From an uncultured Rhodospirillaceae bacterium (GTDB lineage: Bacteria > Pseudomonadota > Alphaproteobacteria > UBA9219), in assembly GCA_964517415.1 (NCBI GenBank), contig CAZFCA010000004.1, forward strand, positions 18,754-82,753: a stretch of DNA of 64,000 nt, in the 5' to 3' direction. A model generated the notes under the pieces. That model was given only the letters and a program-made list of their open reading frames with translations, made no database searches and had not been told where the DNA came from. This document shows, one piece after another, positions 57,673 through 64,000 of the stretch; the stretch's first letter is position 1, and each line of letters starts with the position of its first letter. Made by a program: the position numbers and the translations under genes.

Positions 57673-58664
57673 TGAGCACGGCAAAAAACAAAAATATAAA
57701 AACGGCGAAAGGCGAAACGCTTTATCTTGTTATTTCCGATGCTTTCTGTGGGCAAAGGGTCGATAAATCCTTGGCCGCGCTTTTGGCTGAAAAGCGCGGC
57801 TGTTTTTCCCGCGCGCGTTTGCAAGCGTTGATGGAGGCGGGACATTTGGAGCGCGACGGGTGCGTCGTGCGGCAAGGCAGCGTCAAGGCGAAAGCGGGCG
57901 AGATGTATAAGCTGACCGTGCCGCCGCCGGAAAAGGCCGAGCCGGAAGCGCAGGAAATTGATCTGAAAATCGTTTACGAGGATAAAGACGTTATCGTGAT
58001 CGACAAGCCTGTTGGGATGGTGGTGCATCCCGCGCCTGGAAATCGAGACGGCACGTTGGTGAACGCGCTTTTGGCGCATTGCGGGAAGAGCCTTTCGGGA
58101 ATTGGCGGCGTAGCGCGGCCCGGCATAGTCCATCGGCTCGACAAAGACACAAGCGGTTTGATGGTCGTGGCGAAAAATGACGTTGCGCATCAGGCTTTGG
58201 CCGCGCAATTCGCGGACCGCAGCCTAAGCCGCACGTATCAAGCGCTTGTGTGGGGCGTTCCGGTTCCGCCCTCGGGAAGCATCGATGCGCCGATAGGGCG
58301 CAGCGCGAGGGACAGAAAAAAAATGGCCGTGATCGCCAAGGGAAGATCCGCGCTTACGCATTACCGTGTGTTGAAGGATTTTGGAATCGCGTCGTTGGTT
58401 GAATGCCGGCTTGCCACGGGGCGCACGCATCAGATTCGCGTGCACATGGCGCACATCAAGCATCCCGTTGTCGGCGATCAGGTTTATGGGCGCGGACGCA
58501 CAGCGAAAGGCGCGAAAGATTTGCAGGGCTTTCCTCGACAGGCGCTTCATGCCGTTAAGTTGCAATTCATTCATCCGCGCACAGGCAAGCCGATGGCGTT
58601 TAAATCAGCAATGCCGAAGGACATGATGGATCCGCTGAAGAAGCGCGAACCTCTGCCTTTTTAA
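57672..58664 (+). CDS. rluD: RluA-family 23S rRNA pseudouridine synthase (RluD/RluC-like)
   Basis: N-terminal S4 domain and the catalytic motif GIVHRLDKDTSGLMVVAK, plus HQIRVH. Confidence 0.9.
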   Translation: MSTAKNKNIKTAKGETLYLVISDAFCGQRVDKSLAALLAEKRGCFSRARLQALMEAGHLERDGCVVRQGSVKAKAGEMYKLTVPPPEKAEPEAQEIDLKIVYEDKDVIVIDKPVGMVVHPAPGNRDGTLVNALLAHCGKSLSGIGGVARPGIVHRLDKDTSGLMVVAKNDVAHQALAAQFADRSLSRTYQALVWGVPVPPSGSIDAPIGRSARDRKKMAVIAKGRSALTHYRVLKDFGIASLVECRLATGRTHQIRVHMAHIKHPVVGDQVYGRGRTAKGAKDLQGFPRQALHAVKLQFIHPRTGKPMAFKSAMPKDMMDPLKKREPLPF

Positions 58665-58717
58665 GGTCATATTTGTGAAGGAGTATTTGTTCCGACATCA
58701 TTTATTTTGGAGACGGA

Positions 58718-59098
58718 ATGGACGACTGCGTTTTGAATACCAGAGAAGAAATTCAGGTGTATGTTCTGGCCCTCGTTCCCCTCTACGATGCCCATGAACG
58801 AGCGGGCGAAACAGGCGATTTCAGGGTTTACGAAACAGCCATTAATAAAATCAAAGCGAGGGATATCGAAAGTCTGGATCGGGAAACGCTACAGGACATT
58901 CTGCTTAATGAAGTTTTTAAAGGCAATACTGAAGACTATAAAAAATATGCGCAGGATTTTGTCTCCGCTTTTGATCTTACCGTGTCGGATAGAGAAGAAC
59001 TTGCTTTAAAAATTAAAAAAATGCAGGCCCTAACCGCTATGCGGCCAAAACAGCCTCCTTCTTGCTCCACGGGAGCCTTGCTTTGCGCCGCTAACTAA
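58718..59098 (+). CDS. Hypothetical protein
   Basis: 126-aa ORF with lower-GC codon usage by eye. The 3' end overlaps the convergent rpoH by 8 nt. Confidence 0.35.
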   Translation: MDDCVLNTREEIQVYVLALVPLYDAHERAGETGDFRVYETAINKIKARDIESLDRETLQDILLNEVFKGNTEDYKKYAQDFVSAFDLTVSDREELALKIKKMQALTAMRPKQPPSCSTGALLCAAN

Positions 59099-59981
59099 TC
59101 AGCCCTTCGCGCTCTGCTGCCAGCTTGATATTGTGCTGGAGCTTTTCAAAGGCGCGTACTTCGATTTGGCGCACGCGTTCGCGGCTTATGCCCAATTTTT
59201 GGGACAAATCTTCAAGCGTGGCGGGAGATTCGCTGAGGCGTCGCGCGACGATAATTTCGCGCTCGCGGGCGTTTAGCCCTTCCATGGCGTCGGCAAGAAG
59301 GCGCTGCCTATGCCCCAGTTCCTGCGCTTTGCCGAGCGTGACGTCCGCGGCCTCCGCCGTGTCGACCAGCCAATCCTGCCATTCCTGGCTGTCCTCGTCT
59401 TTCGTGACCGGCGCGTTCAGCGATTGGTCGCCGCCGATCATGCGACGATTCATGCTCACCACGTCTTCTTCGGGCACTTCCAGCCTGTCGGCAATTTCCT
59501 TGACCTGCTCGGACGATAAGTCGCCGTCGTCGATGGCTTTCATTTCGCCCTTCAAGCGGCGCAGGTTGAAGAAGAGCTTTTTTTGCGCGGCGGTCGTTCC
59601 GATTTTCACCAAAGACCACGAATGAAGAATGTATTCCTGAATTGCGGCGCGGATCCACCACATGGCATAGGTCGAAAGGCGGAAGCCGCGGTCGGGATCG
59701 AACCGCTTGACGGCCTGCATCATGCCGATGTTGCCTTCCGCGATCAGGTCGGCCAGCGGCAGGCCATACCCCCGATAGCCCATGGCGATCTTGGCGACAA
59801 GGCGCAGGTGGCTCGTGACCAGTTTGTGCGCGGCATCAAGGTCGCCATGCTCTTTCCAGCTTTTGGCGAGCATGAATTCTTCGTCGGCGTCCAGCACGGG
59901 AAATTTGCGTATTTCACGCAAATAGACGGCAAGGTTGCCCTCGCCGCGCAGGGCGGGAAGATTACTAAAATACGCGCTCAT
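59091..59981 (-). CDS. rpoH: Heat-shock sigma factor RpoH (sigma-32)
   Basis: RpoH box QKKLFFNLRRLK, region 2 (LADLIAEGNIGMMQAVKRFD) and the region 4 HTH. Confidence 0.93.
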   Translation of the reverse strand: MSAYFSNLPALRGEGNLAVYLREIRKFPVLDADEEFMLAKSWKEHGDLDAAHKLVTSHLRLVAKIAMGYRGYGLPLADLIAEGNIGMMQAVKRFDPDRGFRLSTYAMWWIRAAIQEYILHSWSLVKIGTTAAQKKLFFNLRRLKGEMKAIDDGDLSSEQVKEIADRLEVPEEDVVSMNRRMIGGDQSLNAPVTKDEDSQEWQDWLVDTAEAADVTLGKAQELGHRQRLLADAMEGLNAREREIIVARRLSESPATLEDLSQKLGISRERVRQIEVRAFEKLQHNIKLAAEREGLIS

Positions 59982-60154
59982 AAAGGGGGTTATACAATAC
60001 CTTTCGCGGCTGGGGTGGATAAAGTTGAAACTTGAAAAAGGCTTTTTTCAGACGGAAAAAAGTTCGCAAAAAATCAGCCTCGAGCGTTAAAATAATAAGG
60101 GCAAAAAAACCGCAAAAAAGAACGTAAAAACGGGGACTTAGAAGCAAGAAATCG

Positions 60155-60184
60155 TTGGCCTTTCGCGCGCTAATTGAGTAGAAT
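60155..60184 (+). promoter_or_regulatory. Candidate sigma70-type promoter for gyrB
   Basis: TTGGCC, 18-nt spacer, TAGAAT, about 85 nt upstream of the gyrB ATG. Confidence 0.3.
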
Positions 60185-60240
60185 GGCGTTTCGATTCCAG
60201 TTGTTTTTTTTAAGCCCCGTCCGGCGGCTTGAAAGAATGA

Positions 60241-62712
<2,472 letters not shown>

Positions 62713-62751
62713 GCCAGAGGAGAATGCGGGGATCAGAATACATAAAACACT

Positions 62752-62940
62752 GCAGCGTCATTCCGCAAAATTTGCGGAGCAAATTTATGCGGAATCCAGA
62801 CGACATCGCCGCCGATGCGCCCGAAAATTTTTGAGAACGCATTTGCCGGAATAACCCGCGTATGCCGTTTCAGTTTTCGTCGCAGTCTGGATTCCGGATA
62901 AATTCGTCGCTGACGCGCCGAATTTTCCGGAATGACGCTG
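62752..62940. repeat. Long nested inverted repeat (arms of about 50 nt) between convergent gyrB and purF
   Basis: Left arm GCAGCGTCATTCCGCAAAATTTGCGGAGCAAATTTATGCGGAATCCAGAC (62752..62802). Right arm GTCTGGATTCCGGATAAATTCGTCGCTGACGCGCCGAATTTTCCGGAATGACGCTG (62885..62940), followed by TTTTT. Each arm contains its own small palindrome. Confidence 0.7.
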
Positions 62941-63009
62941 TTTTTGAATGCTATAAATTTCTCAATATTAAGTTAAATTTCCTATCCCTAACTATGAGCC
63001 CCCCAGCCC

Positions 63010-64000
63010 CTACCTATTCCCTTGTTTCAGGAAAGAAAGTTCTTCCTGCGGGTCTTCGCCGTTGTGGTCTGCGAGATTAACGGGATAATCGCCGCTGAAG
63101 CAGGCGTCGCAGAATTGGGGATTTTTAGCATTGCGGCTCTTTTCGCCCACGGCGCGATAGAGGCCGTCGACCGAAATAAAAGCAAGGCTATCGGCGCCAA
63201 TAAACTTGCACATCTGCTCGACCGTGTAGTTATGCGCGAGCAATTTTTCATCTTCCGGCGTGTCGATACCGTAGAAGCAGCCGTGCGCCGTCGGCGGCGA
63301 TGAAATGCGCATGTGAACTTCGCGCGCCCCCGCATTGCGCACCATTTCGACGATCTTGGTCGAGGTCGTGCCGCGCACGATGGAATCGTCAACAAGAATA
63401 ACCCGCTTGCCGGAGATAAAGCGGCGGTTGGCGTTGTGCTTCAGCTTCACGCCCAAATGCCGGATGCGGTCGGTCGGCTGGATAAATGTGCGGCCGACGT
63501 AGTGATTGCGGATCAGGCCGAGATCGAAGGGGATTTTACTTTCTTCGGCATAACCGATAGCGGAAGGCACGCCGGAATCCGGCACCGGCACGACGATGTC
63601 GGCATCCACCGGCGCTTCGCGCGCCAGCTCTTTGCCGATGTTTTTCCGCATTTCGTAAACCGAACGGCCTTCCATGAATGAATCAGGACGCGCAAAATAG
63701 ATATATTCGAAAATACAGAATTTCCTTGGCGCGGCGCGGAAAGGACGCAAGGATTGGAGATTGCCGCCTTCGATCACGACCATCTCCCCGGGTTCGATAT
63801 CGCGCACGAATTCCGCGCCGATGATGTCGAGCGCGCAGGTTTCGCTGGCCAGAACATAGGCGGATTCATGCTTGCCGAGCACAAGCGGACGGATTCCATT
63901 CGGGTCGCGCACGCCGATCAGCATATCTTTGCCGAGGCAGACAAGGGAATAAGCGCCTTCCACCTGCTTCAAGGCGTCGATCAGGCGGTCCACCGGCTTT
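63010..64000 (-). CDS. purF: Amidophosphoribosyltransferase PurF (C-terminal about 330 aa; N-terminus beyond the window)
   Basis: PRTase loop (VILVDDSIVRGTTS) and a C-terminal Cys cluster (CFYGIDTP...CDACFSGDYP). The ORF is open to the window end. Confidence 0.93.
   Translation of the reverse strand, partial: KPVDRLIDALKQVEGAYSLVCLGKDMLIGVRDPNGIRPLVLGKHESAYVLASETCALDIIGAEFVRDIEPGEMVVIEGGNLQSLRPFRAAPRKFCIFEYIYFARPDSFMEGRSVYEMRKNIGKELAREAPVDADIVVPVPDSGVPSAIGYAEESKIPFDLGLIRNHYVGRTFIQPTDRIRHLGVKLKHNANRRFISGKRVILVDDSIVRGTTSTKIVEMVRNAGAREVHMRISSPPTAHGCFYGIDTPEDEKLLAHNYTVEQMCKFIGADSLAFISVDGLYRAVGEKSRNAKNPQFCDACFSGDYPVNLADHNGEDPQEELSFLKQGNR

Overview
The window looks like a chromosomal segment from an alphaproteobacterium with moderate-to-high GC. 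The supporting hallmarks are the rpsT-dnaA pair, the hemD / Mic60-like / hemY-like string, DUF1192 and DUF2336 genes, a DksA without zinc-finger cysteines, and Cpa-type Tad pilus gene order.

It is dense in housekeeping genes: secA, dnaA, rpsT, trmL, ispB, hemD, typA, yceD-rpmF-plsX-fabH, rpmB, uppS-frr-pyrH-tsf-rpsB, argE, dksA, rluD, rpoH, gyrB and purF. I saw no rRNA or tRNA genes, CRISPR arrays, integrases, transposases or prophage genes.

The most unusual content is three envelope-machine gene sets packed into about 24 kb around dnaA:
- An orphan triad resembling Dot/Icm icmK-icmE-icmG (DotH-DotG-DotF), lying between dnaA and secA (4397..8198).
- A set resembling the IncI/ICE thin-pilus genes PilL-PilN-PilO-PilP-PilQ-PilR, with no pilin, peptidase or adhesin gene (10995..18795).
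- A convergent Flp/Tad (cpaA-F, tadBC, flp) locus that carries two perfect CtrA-box-like motifs (19016..28084).

The window also holds at least three families of intergenic repeats. One is a MITE-like element of about 176 bp whose copies all begin on the TAA stop codon of the upstream gene.

Smaller items:
- A decayed PAS-MCP pseudogene.
- A degenerate GGDEF protein.
- A pseudo-receiver ORF interrupting the rpsB-uppS cluster.
- Low-complexity extensions on DotG-like, CpaC and PilN-like proteins.

All family calls come from reading the ORF translations and comparing them with motifs recalled from memory. No searches or computations were run, and start codons and repeat boundaries are approximate.
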